From: Tubulanus polymorphus
Lineage: Eukaryota; Animalia; Nemertea
Direction: 5' to 3'
Length of the DNA stretch: 64,000 bases
Assembly: GCF_964204645.1 (NCBI RefSeq)
Contig: NC_134028.1
Coordinates: forward strand, 15,941,653-16,005,652
Shown piece by piece: positions 1-14,377 of the stretch. The notes below the pieces were generated by a model, which saw only the letters and a list, made by a program, of their open reading frames with translations, was not told where the DNA came from and searched no databases. The translations under genes were made by a program, and so were the position numbers. Each line of letters begins with the position of its first letter. Position 1 is the stretch's first letter.

Positions 1-1910
1 TGGGTTTTCCTGCGTTGGACAGAAACCCCATTCAGCATCAGGAATCAAACTCCTGATCTCCTTAACCTTATTAGCTTCAAACGACTTCAATGGTTTCTCA
101 GTAGAAATCCTGTACAGTACAGATTGGTTGTCTGACCACATGTACAATTTCAACGGTTGACCGATTTCCCGAATAACGTGACCCTATAACTGCAGCGATA
201 AGTTCCAGTTGCGGTACTGTCAAAGGTTTGACGGGCGCAACGCGCGGCTTCGACATCAGGAAACTCGACTGCCCTGACTTAACAGGATACCCTACAGCAC
301 CATACGACTTCTCGCTGGCGTCCGCGAAAACATGTAGCTCATAGCTAGATATTGAGTCTATTCCAGTGTCAAACAATTTCCTAGGATAGGATCGGTTCAG
401 CATCGACGTAATATTATGAACCGCGGTTATCCATCTACATCTAATTTCGTCTGGTACAGGTTCATCCCAAGAATATCCTGATTTCCAAAGATCTTGCATC
501 AGTAACTTCGGTGTCACTAAGACCGGCGAGATAAATCCTAATGGATCATAAACTTTCGCTGAATCGCTGTGTATCATACGTTTAGTTACGACATCCTGAT
601 CTATAGATGTAAATTTGACCGAATTCTGCTCAATTTCATCTACGCTTGCATCCCATTTTATACCTAAGACTTTGACTTTTGACGATTTCTCATTGACGCA
701 ATCAATTTCCGCCAAATGCTGAACGTCACGACTATTACTCGTCCACGAACGCAAGTTAAATCCACCTTTGCCTAACAGTTCGCGAGAATTCCTGTAGAAA
801 TCAGTTAACTCTGCCTGACTGTTCATACTACTGATTACATTGTCCACATAAACGTTCCTCTTAATTACGTCACTCGTCACGCTCAGATTCATGTCCAGAT
901 GCTTCAGTACGGTTGCGTTAAGTATAAACGGCGAACACGTAGCCCCAAATAAAACGACTCGAAACCTGTACGTCACCAACTCACTGTTCGGATCTCCTGC
1001 ATCTTTCAACCAGAGAAAGCGAGTAAAATTCTTATCTTCATCAGCCAATTCAATTTGAAGAAAAGCCTTCTCGATATCAGATACAGCAGCAAACTGTCCT
1101 AAACGAAAACGCTACAAAATACCCAAGACATCGTTATGAAGAGACGGTCCTGCTTCCAAGCAGTCATTCAAGCTTACGGATGAGTACATCTTACATGAAC
1201 AATCGAACACAATCCGTAATGGCGTTGTCGCTGAATTACGGACGACTTCATGATGTGGTAAATAATGAGAAAGTTCATCACTAGGCATCGCTTCAGGCAC
1301 CTGCTCAATAAACTCCCTGCGTTCCTGCTCCTTTATTATGCGGTCATACTTCAAGCAACGATTCTCTATACAATCTATTAATAGTCGACAAAGTACGTTG
1401 GCGCGAGATCTCGTAATTACTATTCAAAACCGGGTGATCAGCCTTCCATGGAAGTCGCGCGGTGTAACGACCGTGACAGAACGATATTGACTCAGCGCAG
1501 TACTGCTCGGCAGTTAAAGTCTCACAATGAGTATTGTCCGGATGTTCAATGCCGATTGCCTCCAAGTCCCATAGCCTTTGTATGCCTTGCTGGTCGTCAG
1601 CATGGTCAGACAATAGATTCAAAACTTTGAATGAAGATTCGTTACACGGTTCTTTGACCGGACCGGACAGCAAGTATCCCAGTTTCGATTTAAGAGCAAT
1701 AGGGCCATCTCCACTGGAATGTCGTATCACCTCGTCCAAGACAATGCTGTAGTAATGTCGGCTCCGATTAACAACGATATGTTAAAAACATCCGTACCAG
1801 TCAAAGGATTAGCAAATGTCAGTCCACTTAAATACTGATAGTTTTTCACCGAGTGACTCTTGTCTTTAACTGGTGCTGCGATATTAGGTACGACTAATAA
1901 TTCTAGTTCA
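1..1910 (-). pseudogene. pol: BEL/Pao Pol: RT and RNase H (Peptidase_A17-type region), several frameshifts
   Basis: YLPHHEV..TTPLRIVFD, SLNDCLEAGP, RVVLFGATCSPF, YVDNV (RT catalytic), YDPLGF, LHVFADAS..YGAV, ELIAAV; continues as WGFCPTQENP at 1-97. Confidence 0.92.
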
Positions 1911-3125
1911 ATTTTTTCCCCGGTATGACAAATTGAATAGATTGAATAGACTCGTGTGGTGTTTTCCCTTACAAGAAAGACAACTTTTATTCGATGCGCA
2001 TTTTCTAATCTGGTGATTCCCGGATAGACAATTAAAACAAAGGCGCAATTCTTTGGCACGATTACGACGCGCTTCGTTGGTAACGTATACCGTACAATTA
2101 CTTGCTTTGTGACTCGACATACAATAATGACACTGCAACGGTTGACGGCCATTTTTACTACCAGTAGGCTTTGTCCCTGAACCAACCACGGTCATGGTAG
2201 ATATACCCTCAGTAATTGTTGGCTGACCGGCTTCCAATATCAAAATCTCGTTGTCAATGGCGGACAAAATATCACTCAGCAAATATTCTCGGCTACCGTA
2301 TTCACGAGCAATGTTACGCCTCAATTCCGACGGCATTTTATCCAGAATAATTGGGACTAACAATCCACTGAAATACTCGTCAGATTTCCCATAGGATTTC
2401 AAAGTCCTTATATACGATTCTAGTTTGTCCGAAAATCGACGTAAACTTACGAACGAATAAACCGGTTTTTCAAGGTCAACAAGCGCTCTCATGTACGCAT
2501 TCGTTAACAGGTGCTTTTGGCCATAACGTTTTTCCAAAATACCACAGGCTTCAATATACGCACTGTCCGTCAGTGGTAAACCAGAAATGCAATCTGCAGC
2601 CTCACCAACTAATTGGCTCCTAAGATAATTAAATTTTTGAACGCTTGCCATGTTAGCAGAATGTATCGCGGCTCGAAAACTATCCCAAAATGACGACCAT
2701 TCAATAATGTTGCCCGAAAATTGAGGTAGAGTCAATTTAGGAAGATTCACCTTCTGTCTTTCCTTGCTAGTCGACGATTGCGGTTCTTCGACAGTAGGAA
2801 AATCCGCAAATCTAGCTCGGATTTCGGCGATTCGTATCCGCATGCTTCTCACGTCCTCCTCAGCAGTGACGAAGAATGAATTAAAAGCATCGTCCGTTGC
2901 CGACGCCTCCAGAATTTGCTCGTTGATTTCGACGATCTTAGCAATTCTGTCATTCAGCATTTTAAAATTCTCCGTAATTTTAACGACATCCGAATAGTTC
3001 TTCAAATTCACTTTTTCTTCTAATTCCTGTGCGTGTTTCGTAAATAACCCACGGTGGGTGTTTCTACTGCGTTCCAATGCAGTCGTCATAGTCGCTTTTG
3101 CCGAGGGACCAATGTCAAGACGCAA
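1908..3125 (-). pseudogene. gag: BEL/Pao Gag (DUF1759-type domain plus Cys/His zinc knuckles)
   Basis: LPKLTLPQFSG..EWSSFWDSF...KFNYLRSQL motif; knuckles CHYC..SH..SNC, CFNCLSGNH..RKC, CLSCKGKHHTSL. The protease catalytic region is missing after HHTSL (internal deletion). Confidence 0.9.
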
Positions 3126-3333
3126 AATCCTTCCCTCGAAAAACTAACACGTTTTCTCTATAAAGGACTGTATTCTACTGACTATATAAATCTCCCGTGG
3201 TCACCCGTGTGAATGTCCGACCAATGCAGTAACGCATGACTGCCCAAATATAAATAAATAAACATAGATATCAGACATAACCCATGCCTTGGCAACAGTA
3301 GTAGTTTTTTGGTCTCTGGTGGCCACAACTACA

Positions 3334-3480
3334 CAGTACCTGGTAAAAAAATCAGTAATAACTAGTACGTCTTCAATTCCAGCACTTGATTTTTCCAGCT
3401 GAGTGAAATTAACAGCTAGTAACTATAGTGGTTTAGAAGCACCAATACGACCTTTGGAATTTTCACATGGGGGCGTTGCT
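3334..3480 (-). pseudogene. Gypsy-type integrase core fragment, interrupted by the BEL element
   Basis: Manual translation ASKPL*LLAVNFTQLEKSSAGIEDVLVITDFFTRY matches the start of the rve core (P.E.LAIDF...VLV.TD.FTK). Confidence 0.75.
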
Positions 3481-4629
3481 TACCCTCAAAACAACGTCGA
3501 CGTCGACAGAGACTGACATGATTCACAACATCTTTACTCAGTCCAATCAAGAAGAACCTTTCGTGGATGAGCTACATTATTATGAAGAGATTAAATTATT
3601 ATAAAGAGCTATTAACACATCAGAAACTTTAGTAGTTGGCAAGAGAATTTGTAGTATTTCAGTGCCATTAACAGTTTGTACATCTATACAAAATTCCATT
3701 AATGAATCTCCGTTTTTTTTTTTCATCTTGTAATAATCTCTTATGGGCATGATTCAATGTAACACTTAACTGCATTTCAAGAATGTCTCTCACAGGAGCA
3801 ATAATAGGATCACTACATTATTCAACCATAAATTCTTCTACATTACTTGGAATATATCACTAAAAGCTGGAATACCGGATTGAATAGCCATTACTCCAGC
3901 ATGAACACCGTTACTAGTCTGAAATGGACGATGAATATCATGATGAATACCTGTGCTACATGAACTCTCAACTAACACACTCATTGCGTTTGTAAACTCG
4001 TCATCATCAGTTTAGTGTGTAGGCCTCCTGGATAGTGCATCTGCTTCTGAAAATCCCTAAAGAAACTTACAGAGTACGAGATTCACTCAGATTTGATGAG
4101 GTGCTTATGCTGTATTACCACTACCAGTCACTTTGTTGCCATCTCCTCTGATGAATTAATAGAGCTGACATCAATGAATATATCAGAAAACAGAGACATA
4201 CTGAAAAATAGGAAAAGGAAAATTCGTAATACAGCAAAATTCAAGTCCTCAAATAGTGTGCGTCCATGATTCTCTCCTGGTTATTTGTTCAGATTTAATC
4301 ATAGTTAACTCATTGAAAATGAGCTTATTGTAAACCGAGAGTGAACTCTAATTCACAACTGTGGAACAGGATCAACGATATTGCAAATATCTAATTAAGA
4401 CATAATACACTAACTATAAATTTCATCTGATTCAACTATCTCTTGTTAGTGCTATAATATATGTCTATAGACCTCAGTTGCAACAGTTACTACGCCAGAA
4501 ACTATTGCACGTGTAATTTCATTAATTTTTACTGGTATCATACTTTTTCTTTTGATTTTTCTTTTGTCCTATAAATTCAGAGATTATGCTAAATATGCTG
4601 CATTTATTAAAATGACAGTGACCCTCTTT

Positions 4630-6980
4630 TCTCGATAATCATTCGTATGCTTAATGCGCTACGCTCGAAACTATTTTTAGCACACTCAAACGCAATTTCA
4701 TTAGCCTGTAATTTCACTACTAATGGGCGAATTGAACGGATTAAGCAAAAAAATATTTCGTAATTTGTTTTCCTTTATGGTGCGCAAAGTTGAAAGCCGT
4801 GGGTTACATATTTTTTTAGAAATTGACCAAAAAGTTTCAAAAATTCGATTTATTTGAACACGTTTTTTTATGCAGCTTCTTTAACTCTCCAAAATAACAC
4901 ATGTGAAAATTCAATGCTATTTGCGTCGGAAGAACTTTATATTGCCAAGATCTGACGCTTGGTTCGGTAGTTATGGGCTTTCATAAACGTAACCCCTCGA
5001 AATCTTGGTTATATAAAATTGGTGTTGACCCGTTTTTGACTTTCATCATGACGTCATAACATTGAACGAGGTGGATCAGCTGGTGCGCGTTATTTCACAA
5101 ACAAAATGGCGGCACGATTGAATAGGTTCATATTCATCATTTCTAGCGTGAATACTGATATTCAAGGCGTATGATATAACGATTTATTGTGTGCGATGTG
5201 TTCAATGATTCATCTAGTTTTGATATCCCGGGCATAAGGTAATGTTGCATCAAGATATCTGACAAAGTGTGGTTTCAAAATAGGGAAATATACTCCGTGT
5301 TCAGCACATGGCTGATTTACTGATAGCATTGAATTTTTAGAGATGAGTCTGATATTTACACGACTGGAATACTTGTTTTATCATCATTAATTGAAGTCAT
5401 TTTATTAACGTTCGCATTACAATCGTTTTGGAGCCTGATTATTTGTATTAGATTGTTACCGCGGCACAGTGGAGCGTTCGCATTGAAAACAGTCGTGTAC
5501 AGTCGCGTAGGCAATATAGCCTTATACTCTTGTGTTCACTGCGTGTATGTATCAGTTATAGAGTACGCGCGCCACGGTTTAGGTCGCGCATAACAACGAT
5601 TTGTCTAAGTGAAGATGGAAGCTACTTAAAGCAATCCTATCGTGAAATTATTAAAAATCATGTCAGCTGATAAACTTTGTTTCGTCAGTAACCGGCACTG
5701 ACTGGCCTCAAATTTGAAGAACTTGGGAGCTTCTGTCCTGATTGGTCCGTATGATGAAAATGAAGAAACCTCAGATGAAACCCAGGCTCTCACCAAGCTT
5801 GTACCGTATCTTACCAGGTCACTCAGTTTTAGTTGTTTTACATTATTCAAGGGATGTATTACAATTATGAACATTTGTTCAGACAAAAGGCCCATATCAA
5901 TTTTTTTAACAAGATTTCATTCTCGTTAACCCTTACAATACCACTACCGTATGGCATTTGGTGCAAATTGACAAGCTAGCATACCCGTACCGTATGTGAT
6001 ACGGTATCACTTAACCCTCATTCTAGAAGGGTATATCTATCAGTATCAGCTGGTGCTGCCATCTGCGTAAAATCCAAGCTGGCAACAGCCAGGAAAAAAC
6101 AATTTGGCTGGATGAAACGGTTCAGCAGCTCATATATGATGCTGACAGTGATGCTGGTGACTTGGAATTTGTTAGTGAACAAATTGAGAGTGACAACGAA
6201 TATGACAGCAGCAGTTCAGATGATGAGACTTAGTCAGTAAATAGGTTTATAGTGCCGGCAATGATTTTGATGATGAAAATGAAATTAGTGACAATTTTTT
6301 TAGACCCTGTTGATACGGTTGTTATGGCAACGGACACCAATAACAATGATGAAGAACCAGAAACTTTCCGTCCTCAAGGTCACATATATCCAACCTATTT
6401 GTCTTATTTGTAAGCCCAAAGGTTATCAACACCATGGTATACAATGTATCAGTGTCAAATACATAGGTAACAAGTTTCTGAGGCCTGAAATTATACCCCA
6501 ATGAAACCCCTTCCATCCGCCCTTCCGACAAATTGGTGTAAAAGTGGGTAAATTAGTGGAAATATAAATTTTTTAGTTCTATTGCTTTGAAATTTTTTCT
6601 ACATAAAGTAAGGATATATGGCATACAATTTCAGTTGGAATTGAATAGATCAGTGCATTTTGCTGGGAGACAGAGCAGTTTATCTGAAACTTTTTCGTGA
6701 ATTTTTTTCATGGCGGCCATCTTGGAGTATGTGACCTTGACCTCAAGTTCACTTATACCCACATTATTTATGTCTACTTTGTTGGCCCAAAAGTTATCAA
6801 CAACATGCTATATAATTTTTCTGTGTCAGATACCTTGGTAACTATTCTATGAAGCCTCAAATATACCCCTATAAACCCCTTAGTTCCCTCCAGTACAGTG
6901 GCGGACACACTATGTGGTATTGAAAGGGTTAAAAGTCAGTTATCATTAGAAGTTCACACTGACCAAAATTGAGTCATTTT
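4630..6980 (+). repeat. Interspersed repeat family A, copy 1 (HINE/Helentron-like), interrupted by a piggyBac MITE
   Basis: Colinear similarity to 37945-39128 (e.g. catcatgacgtcataacattgaacgaggtggatcagctggtgcgc in both). Confidence 0.88.
5930..6928 (+). mobile_element. Non-autonomous piggyBac element (~1.0 kb)
   Basis: TTAA at 5926-5929 and 6929-6932; TIRs CCCTTACAATACCAC / GTGGTATTGAAAGGG (14/15); acidic N-terminal remnant (DETVQQLIYDADSDAGDLEF..SDNEYDSSSSDDE, ~6110-6228); empty site visible in repeat copy 2 at ~39076. Confidence 0.9.
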
Positions 6981-9300
6981 TCATGGGCTTGCATGCTTGC
7001 AAGCCCATATTGCTATCACACGGATTGATAACTAGCTTGGGGAGTCAATTACTTTCGTTAGAACCATTCTTTGGCTCTGATATTTATACACATTTAATGC
7101 GGTAACAAAATCTAGGTTGCTTTCGTATATTGGCTATGACGGTTGTCGTTTTCATTGCTTTATGATTTTGTTTAATCGTTTTTGTTATTTCAGCAGCGCA
7201 TACCAACCTTGGTTGAGCGTGCGTGATCAGGCTTGAAATTGGTATTAATGCGCGGCATAGTGCTGCCGGCAATTCAATTCATTCTTTATTGAGACAAAAT
7301 TTTACCATAAAACATTTACTTTCACGTTTTTAAAAAACTCTAAATTTTTACTTTCATTGGGTGCTTGCGTTAGCAGCCATTTGTAAAATCTATGTACGAA
7401 CATTTTTATTTTTCAGTTTAGATATCTAAAACTTAAAAAGCACTTTTCTGTAAAATAAATTCTGAATTGAATTGAAGACTGGTTCCCTGACTTTTCAAAG
7501 AGCCAGGGGCGGTAGTCTATGGTGGCAATAAACTTTATCGGATGATCGTAGTGGATTGTCATTTGAAGGAAATGTAACTAAAATCTTGCTTAATGTCTGT
7601 ATTATTTTAAAAAGAAAAATCGTGGCTCTTATCTATTTTCGTGTTCGCTTCCCTTCACCTGAAGTCACTCGAGTTAGTCACTTTTTTTCTTTCAGCTGTA
7701 CATTTTTCTATGCAAAATCATTTCCACACAATCCGATAAGTAATCTAGCAATTATCAACATGATGATAGATTCCGTTAAGACACTGCAATATTCAAATAA
7801 CAACTATCCAAAAGCTTGTACTAACTTGGTCCACGTCTACAATAAAACCATTCCGATTCCCAGTCCCCGTGTGTAACATTTCGTGTAACGATGTAAGACA
7901 ACACCGATCTCTTAGCTCTTTTAACAAGAAATCAGTTCAAAGTTCGATTAATTCTACTACAGAAATAACCACCAAGCAAGCTTTCAGTACAACCATGTCA
8001 GCAAGCCCATTTTTAGAATTTCTTTCTTGTTATATATTCTTTTCTTGTTTAATTTTCAATGAAATAAATTTTTGCATACCGGTAGCCTTTGTGACAGAAT
8101 TTTTACTTCATACCAGTTTGGCGAGCCACTGGACCATTGGTCCTTTATTTCAATTAATCATCACGTTTCTTCCTCCAGCAAACACAACTTAGTTTTTATT
8201 TCACCAACAATACCAATTTCTCACGCAAACACCAATTTCGTGGCACAAGGCCAAACTGCTACTTCTGTCTATCGTGCATCCCACTTCTGACACCATTTGA
8301 CGTAACGTGGGAAATAAATAACTCGAACACAACTGTGTTGATTGATGACACTGTGACAGTAAGTTTATTGATTGCACTAACCAGACCGAATAATATGATA
8401 ATATCAAATTTATATCCATACAAGAACTATCTCGCATTTATATTATACACGACAGCCATCTTGAATTTAAAGTTTGCACAATACAGCCTATAATTCTTAA
8501 ATGATTTTCATAAGATTTAGTGACTGAGTTTTGGCAGGTTAGATGTGCACCCCTATCGAAAATTGAGGTCATCGGCCATCAAATTTGGCTGCCAGGGCGG
8601 CTATCTTGTATTTTCTGGTAAGCACAATACAGCCTACAATTCTTGATTGATTTTCATGAAACTTAGTATGAGGATTGGGGCAGGTGAGAAGTCCACCCCT
8701 ATTCTAAATAGAGGTTACCAGTCATCAAATATGGCCGCCAAAACAGCCATCTTGAATTTTTACATACAGCATAAGGTGACTTGGTTTAACTTAGTGAGTT
8801 GGTTTAGGTAGGTGAGATGTGCACCCCTATTGAAAATGGGAGTCATCAGCCACCAAATATTGCCACCTGGGTGGCCATTTTTAATTATATTGTAACACAA
8901 TAGAGCATACAATTCTTGATGGATTTACATAAAACTTGTTTTGAGGAATGGGGCAGGTAAGATTTTTACCACTATTGAAAATGTCATTGTGCCTCCAGTA
9001 TGGTAACTGCAGCAGACATCTTGATTTTCCTGCTAGCATGATATTGCCTACAACTCTTTTACAAGGATTTACATGAAACTTGGTGTGATGATTGGGGCAG
9101 CTAAGATGTACACCACTTTCGAAAATGGAGGTCATCAGCTATCAACTATGTCCACCAGGTTAGCCATCTTGAATTTCTTGCCCAATACAACCTGGAATAT
9201 CTGAGATATCCATGAAACTTAGACATGTTTATTTTGATTCCTACAAAGTGGGGAGAATGTATTGCTGGGGGTATTTAAGGGCATTAGGCGAATTCAAGTT
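6978..9300 (+). mobile_element. HINE/Helentron-like non-autonomous element with ~145-bp internal tandem repeats (8450-9230)
   Basis: Starts in a T-run with hairpin atgggcttgca..tgcaagcccat; about six degenerate units containing gccatcttg; related units at 41190-41650. Right end is approximate. Confidence 0.55.
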
Positions 9301-10594
9301 TTTTTTTAAATCATGTCAGTCAGTTTGTCTGAGACGTAGATAATTTCTTGGAAGTGACTGGATGCTTGGCAGAGTCGTTTGCACAATTTTTAAGTTGTGA
9401 AATATCGAGATTAGTTTTTGGTGAAATTTTACTGGGTAGTTGCTGAAAAATTGGCAAAAAACAAACGATTTTGGTATGTTTCGGTTGTATGTCAAGGTCA
9501 GAGAGTTAACACTGTTGCATTATTCGATAGACATTTTGGGAAAGTCACACTCTGATTAGTTTTTTAGGGCATACTTTAAATTCATTATCACATGAATCCA
9601 TTATTCAAATGGTCATTATTCATCTGTTTCACATAAGAATTGATAGGAGTGTTATCTGCTATTAAAAAAACCACTACAGTTCATATGAGCTTCCTTTTTT
9701 GTTGAAATGAACATTGAGAGAAATGATATTATCGTTTCAGCTGGAGTAGAGTACTACATTTCATCCAGGACATTCATAAAGCACTACCATATCAAAAAGC
9801 TCAGGATTTAAGCAAGGTAGGTGAAAATTGACTCGCCAAAATATTGTGCCTTCCTTCGATATTTTCATTGGGAAACTGGGTTTAAGTCCCATTTCACTCA
9901 TCCTCATTTAGCACCGTATTTATTACAATTTCATCCTTTTCCTATTTCGCCCCCTTCCCAGTTCCTGCACCTTTCTTGCCTCTTTTTGTACATTTTGAAA
10001 GAAGCTAGGAGTTTGACATTGTAATGGGAATATAAGACATTTGCTCTAATGGCACTAATGGCCTGAGATAAACAAATGTGTTTTCACGCTATTTAATCCT
10101 TGTAAAACACAGCAATACATCACATTGTTATAGAAGGAATCCATCGAAACCATAACAATGAAACCTCATTTTCCAATGAGAAATAACAGTATTAACATGA
10201 ATGTTTTTAGGATGAAATACCCTCAGGTGAAATAGAAAAAAGAAAAAAACTGCCTAATTTAGCACCTAATTAGTAATTAAATCACCCTGCTTGTATATCT
10301 GTAGTTAATTCATGTGGACTTGTTAGGTTATAGAATGGACCTGAGAGTAGCTTTCTGTAGAGCATGCTTATATATCATGAAATTGTTCTTCTGTTAATAA
10401 ACCAACTCATCACGAAAAAAGCTTTCTGTTAGCTCTTTGTAGTAAAAATTATAACCACTGAATAAACACAGCTGATATTTTGCCATTAATGCCTCAATAA
10501 AATCCTTTCTAAATATGTCAATACCTTAATCATCTAGTTGTCTAGACTGACTGTCCTCGCGCGTTTAACAAATCCATAATACGTAAACATGTGA

Positions 10595-10805
10595 AGGGGC
10601 TGCACAGGAAATCTATATTTAGAATCTGCGATCGCGTGCTTCAGTTCATTCAACAAAGCATAGCATACGTCCTCGATAAAATTAGTCATTGTTTCAATTC
10701 ATGCACTGTGTGCTTGTGTTGAGTGATAGATAGGAAGATCAAAGGGGGCTCCTCTTGGGAAACTATTTATTTACAAGTGCATGAAAAGTGGATGTAAGTA
10801 TGAAC
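10595..10805 (+). repeat. Interspersed repeat family B, copy 1 (second copy ~51570-51760)
   Basis: Shared gaaatct(a/g)tatttagaatctgcgatcgc...ggctcctctt sequence. Confidence 0.8.
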
Positions 10806-11290
10806 TTGTTGTAGTGATCTATCCTTATCATTAACTCAAGACATAAACAATGAACGATCAACCGCCTGGCAGCAGTTTTGGTCATTAGTCAAAGCTAGAA
10901 AATGGTCCTCAGATGCGCCAAAGCCCCCCGAAATTTCCAAATTTTCTTGGGTGAGGGCCCCCAATCCCTCCCTTAGGGGCTTCGCACTTTGGGTGCTCGC
11001 GACTAATAATTTTAGCCTAATAATTTTACTTCTATAGTATTTCAGTGTTTTTCAAAAGCCTACGTTTTCATCCCTGTATATACATATAATGTGTACTTTT
11101 GCAAGGCATTTTAGACCAAAGAAGGGTGGTAGGTAATCATTGGTGGCACCAGGAATTTTCTAAGGAGGGGGGGTCGAGTTCGTAATATTAAACTAAGTCG
11201 CCGAACGGCGGAGTGCGCTCAGGTGCAGAACGCATAAAAAGTTTGAAAATCTTTTTAAATCTTTTGCGCTGCGGAAATTTCTGCAAAATC

Positions 11291-11910
11291 ATGTCTTGGA
11301 GATACGTTCTGACGCAATCTACTAGGCCTATTATCAACGAATACGTCGAATACGCTTACTCGAATAGGCTTGCTGAAGATGACGATCTTATGCTGTATGC
11401 GTTTGAAATGGAAAGAGACGATCTATCAGCCTTAAATCCCTTAGATTTCGGTTTGAAAATATCGGATGAGCAGTGTAGATGTATGTTTAGACTAAAAAAT
11501 AGATATTTTCAGGCTTAAATAATGCACTGAGATCTGGAGACATATAAATGTGCACATGTGGCTGTATAGTTTATGGACGTTGAGGAGATCAGACAGCATA
11601 CTTTCTGAAATAATTTCAACTGTTCTCAATGATATTTATGTGCGACTGGTTACATAGAGAGGAGTTGTGGGAATTTGCAGAATCCATACACAACAAAGGG
11701 GCTCCGCTGAAAACTGTTTGGGTTTCAGCGATGGGACTGTGGGGCTAATTTGCACAACAATCAATGGTTATGCTACAGCGGTCACAAGGGAGTACACTTT
11801 CTGAAATTCCAATCCATTGTGACTCCCAATTTGTTGATAGTCAATCTCTTTGGCCTGTTGCTGGGCACCGACACAATTCTGGAATGCTTCGATTAAGCAA
11901 TCTTCTGGAT
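11291..11910 (+). pseudogene. PIF/Harbinger (DDE_Tnp_4 type) transposase remnant
   Basis: Frameshifted IHNKGAPL(E)NCLGFSDGTV ... YSGHKGVHFLKFQSIVTPNLLIVNLFG..GHRHNSGML, typical Harbinger/ISL2EU motifs. Confidence 0.8.
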
Positions 11911-12070
11911 GAACTTGAACTATTCGCAATGTAATGTTTACCATCAATTGTAACAAATTCAGGAAGACAAAGGTAGTATAACTTTTGAACTTTTGAAATA
12001 ACATTCATTTATTATGAAAAATATAGAAATATATAGTCGAAACATATCAATTCTCATTATTATTGGTTTT

Positions 12071-12338
12071 CATTTTTTGGCTAATTGTGCGAGTACTTCC
12101 AACAAGGCTTTTTTGTTGTTCAGCTTCAAATTTTATTTCTTGAAGCTCCTAGCGATTTCTCTCATATTTTTATTCTTTTCCTGTAGGTATTCTCCAATAT
12201 CAAATTTAACTTTCTTATGGGTTTGCTCACCTTCTATAGAACAAAAGTGCATATAGCAAATAAATAATGTTATTGCTTAATTATGGATTCACATTTGAAT
12301 GTAGGCTTATCCTTACTTTTGATGCCTTCTAGTGCTCT
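12071..12338 (-). pseudogene. 3' end of the convergent second (accessory) gene of the Harbinger element, with one intron
   Basis: GTAAGG...CTATAG intron at 12316-12234 splices in frame: RALEGIK^KGEQTHKKVKFDIGEYLQEKNK...LLEVLAQLAKK*. Cut at ~12339 by a HINE insertion. Confidence 0.55.
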
Positions 12339-12470
12339 TTTTAGCCCACTTGGGACTTTAGTCCCAGCGGGCTATTGCGTTCACTTTTCGTCCGTCGTCC
12401 GTCCGTCCGTTCGTTTGTACGAATGAACCCTTGTGTAACTTTAATACCTTGTGCAACTTTATAAACAATG
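12339..12470 (+). mobile_element. 5' end of a HINE/Helentron-type element
   Basis: Insertion in a T-run, agcccacttgggac..gtcccagcgggct hairpin, then (GTCC)n microsatellite. 3' end not found. Confidence 0.8.
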
Positions 12471-14377
12471 TAAATTTCTACAGATGTTTTTATGTTATAA
12501 AGTGTTTGATTTTCACCAGAATGTTGATTTACTATCTTCTAAAACATATTAATAAGACATAATGACAAAAAATTATCTTAAAATTCTTTTCCGCTGTCAA
12601 AATAATTGCATAACATTAATGATTCCACAGAAAGTTGCACAATCCCTTGGACAAAAATGCATGGACAGATCTCTATGGACTATGGACATTTTCAGGAAGT
12701 GCTGTCCTCTACAGGATGATAAAGTTTTTTGATGAGAAAGTTGCAGAAAGCTTTTCACTGAAAGTTACATAGGGATTATTACCTAAAGTTGCAGAAGGCC
12801 TCATGGACATGATAAAGTTGCAGAGGGCCATGGACAGTTTACAGTGTGTAATGTCTGCACATAATGTTATGTAGTTATGCCAAAATCTACTCACTATAGA
12901 TTTAATTTCCTTAATTGGATATTTCCTCTGAACTTTTGACCAATTTTGCATGACGTATTTGAATTTTGAATTTTTGAATTGTAAACAGCTTTCAGATATT
13001 GAGTCATACATGGTATTATGGGGGATTTATGTCCATTAGGTTGACAATCCATTATTATTATTTTTTAGTTGTCAAGACATTGCAAATAAATCTCATTCAG
13101 CCAAAAAGGTCTATTTAATCTACTCAGCGTAATTCATAGGGAAAGAGCAAATTGATCTGAAGTGTTTGTTCCTGCCGACCACTGTCTGTGTTAATTGAAA
13201 AAAAACTGCATATATTGTATGTATCTTTGCAATTTGTATAATTTTAAGACGAGAAATGGAGCTTCAGGCTTGTTAGAATGAACAAATCTAATTAAAAAGT
13301 GGCAATATTTTGAGAAAAAATTATCTATTTACCAATTTTTCTTACGAATTACTCTTAGAAGATATTTTGCCTTCTTATTCTACCTCACAAAACACTAATC
13401 CAAACTGAGTGTTTTCATGAGTACTAGTACAAATAGTTTCAACAATTGCTACCAAGGGCAATTTTGAATGCCTATAGCCTGAAATATGATGCTCTCTCGA
13501 ATGTATGACTGTTAGGCGGTGCAATCACTATGATGATGATTAGATAGATGTTTTTCTCACGTTTCGAGGTTTTAACTAAATCCTATTATCAATGAAATGA
13601 TAATTGTAATATAATCGTAATATGATTGTAATATAATCCAAAAAGCCCATGTCAATACGGCATTGAGCTGGCCGTATATTTTCTATAGGTTGAACGCAGA
13701 TTTGGCGCGTAGCAAGATAGTACTTTGTACGCTACACTCAACCAGGATGATTGGAGTAATTTATTCACGTATGTGGCCAATTTTTCAATAGTTATTAGCA
13801 TAAGAAGCTACTAAAAAGAACGAAAATACTTATTAGCATTGTTAAACCCTAACTATCAACAATATGTGATGATGAATGTATTTCGCTGACATTAGATAGT
13901 TATCGCTGACATTAGATAGTTAGTTGTACACCAAATGGTTAAACTGCTGTTCGCTAGGTAGGAGATTTGGTTCAGAATGGATTTTAAAATATATACAACA
14001 CAATGATGATAGCTTGGAAGCACCATCTTTAAATCATTTTCAGTATCAGATTACTTTAAAGCTGTCTCACTAAGTGCCGAATCATGTGCAAACACCCCGA
14101 AAGTGTGGTATTCAAGCTAATTTGGTACCGGACAAGTATGTTACTTTGTAAGCCAAAAATCCCAAGTGAAAGCCACTTAAGAGACAATTTCTAAGATAAG
14201 ACAAAATAGGTACATAGACAACAATTATTTAGCAGTATGTTTATTCCAGATAATGTATGGAGATAAGACTTTGTTATAGGCCTAGGGTAACCCGTATTAG
14301 AGTTGAAAGTTTTCAGATTTTCTGTGATAATAGCTGATTCTATGTGTCAGTTTCTAAGGTCATTGCATGGATATAAT

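Larger units (their letters stand above)
1..3333 (-). mobile_element. BEL/Pao LTR retrotransposon, decayed; continues off the left edge
   Basis: Order gag-(protease remnant)-RT-RNase H on the minus strand, broken by frameshifts. Putative short 5' LTR 3225-3333 (TGT...TGCA) followed by a TGG-starting PBS-like sequence at ~3211-3223. Right boundary coincides with the cut in a Gypsy integrase fragment. Confidence 0.92.

Noticed and set aside
3500-4570. Further Gypsy gag/pol remnants
   Set aside because: Looks coding-derived and adjoins the integrase fragment, but no diagnostic motif could be read.
7556-8437. Cluster of short ORFs suggesting a gene
   Set aside because: No recognisable domain in the frames read; many rely on TTG/GTG starts that are not meaningful in an animal genome.
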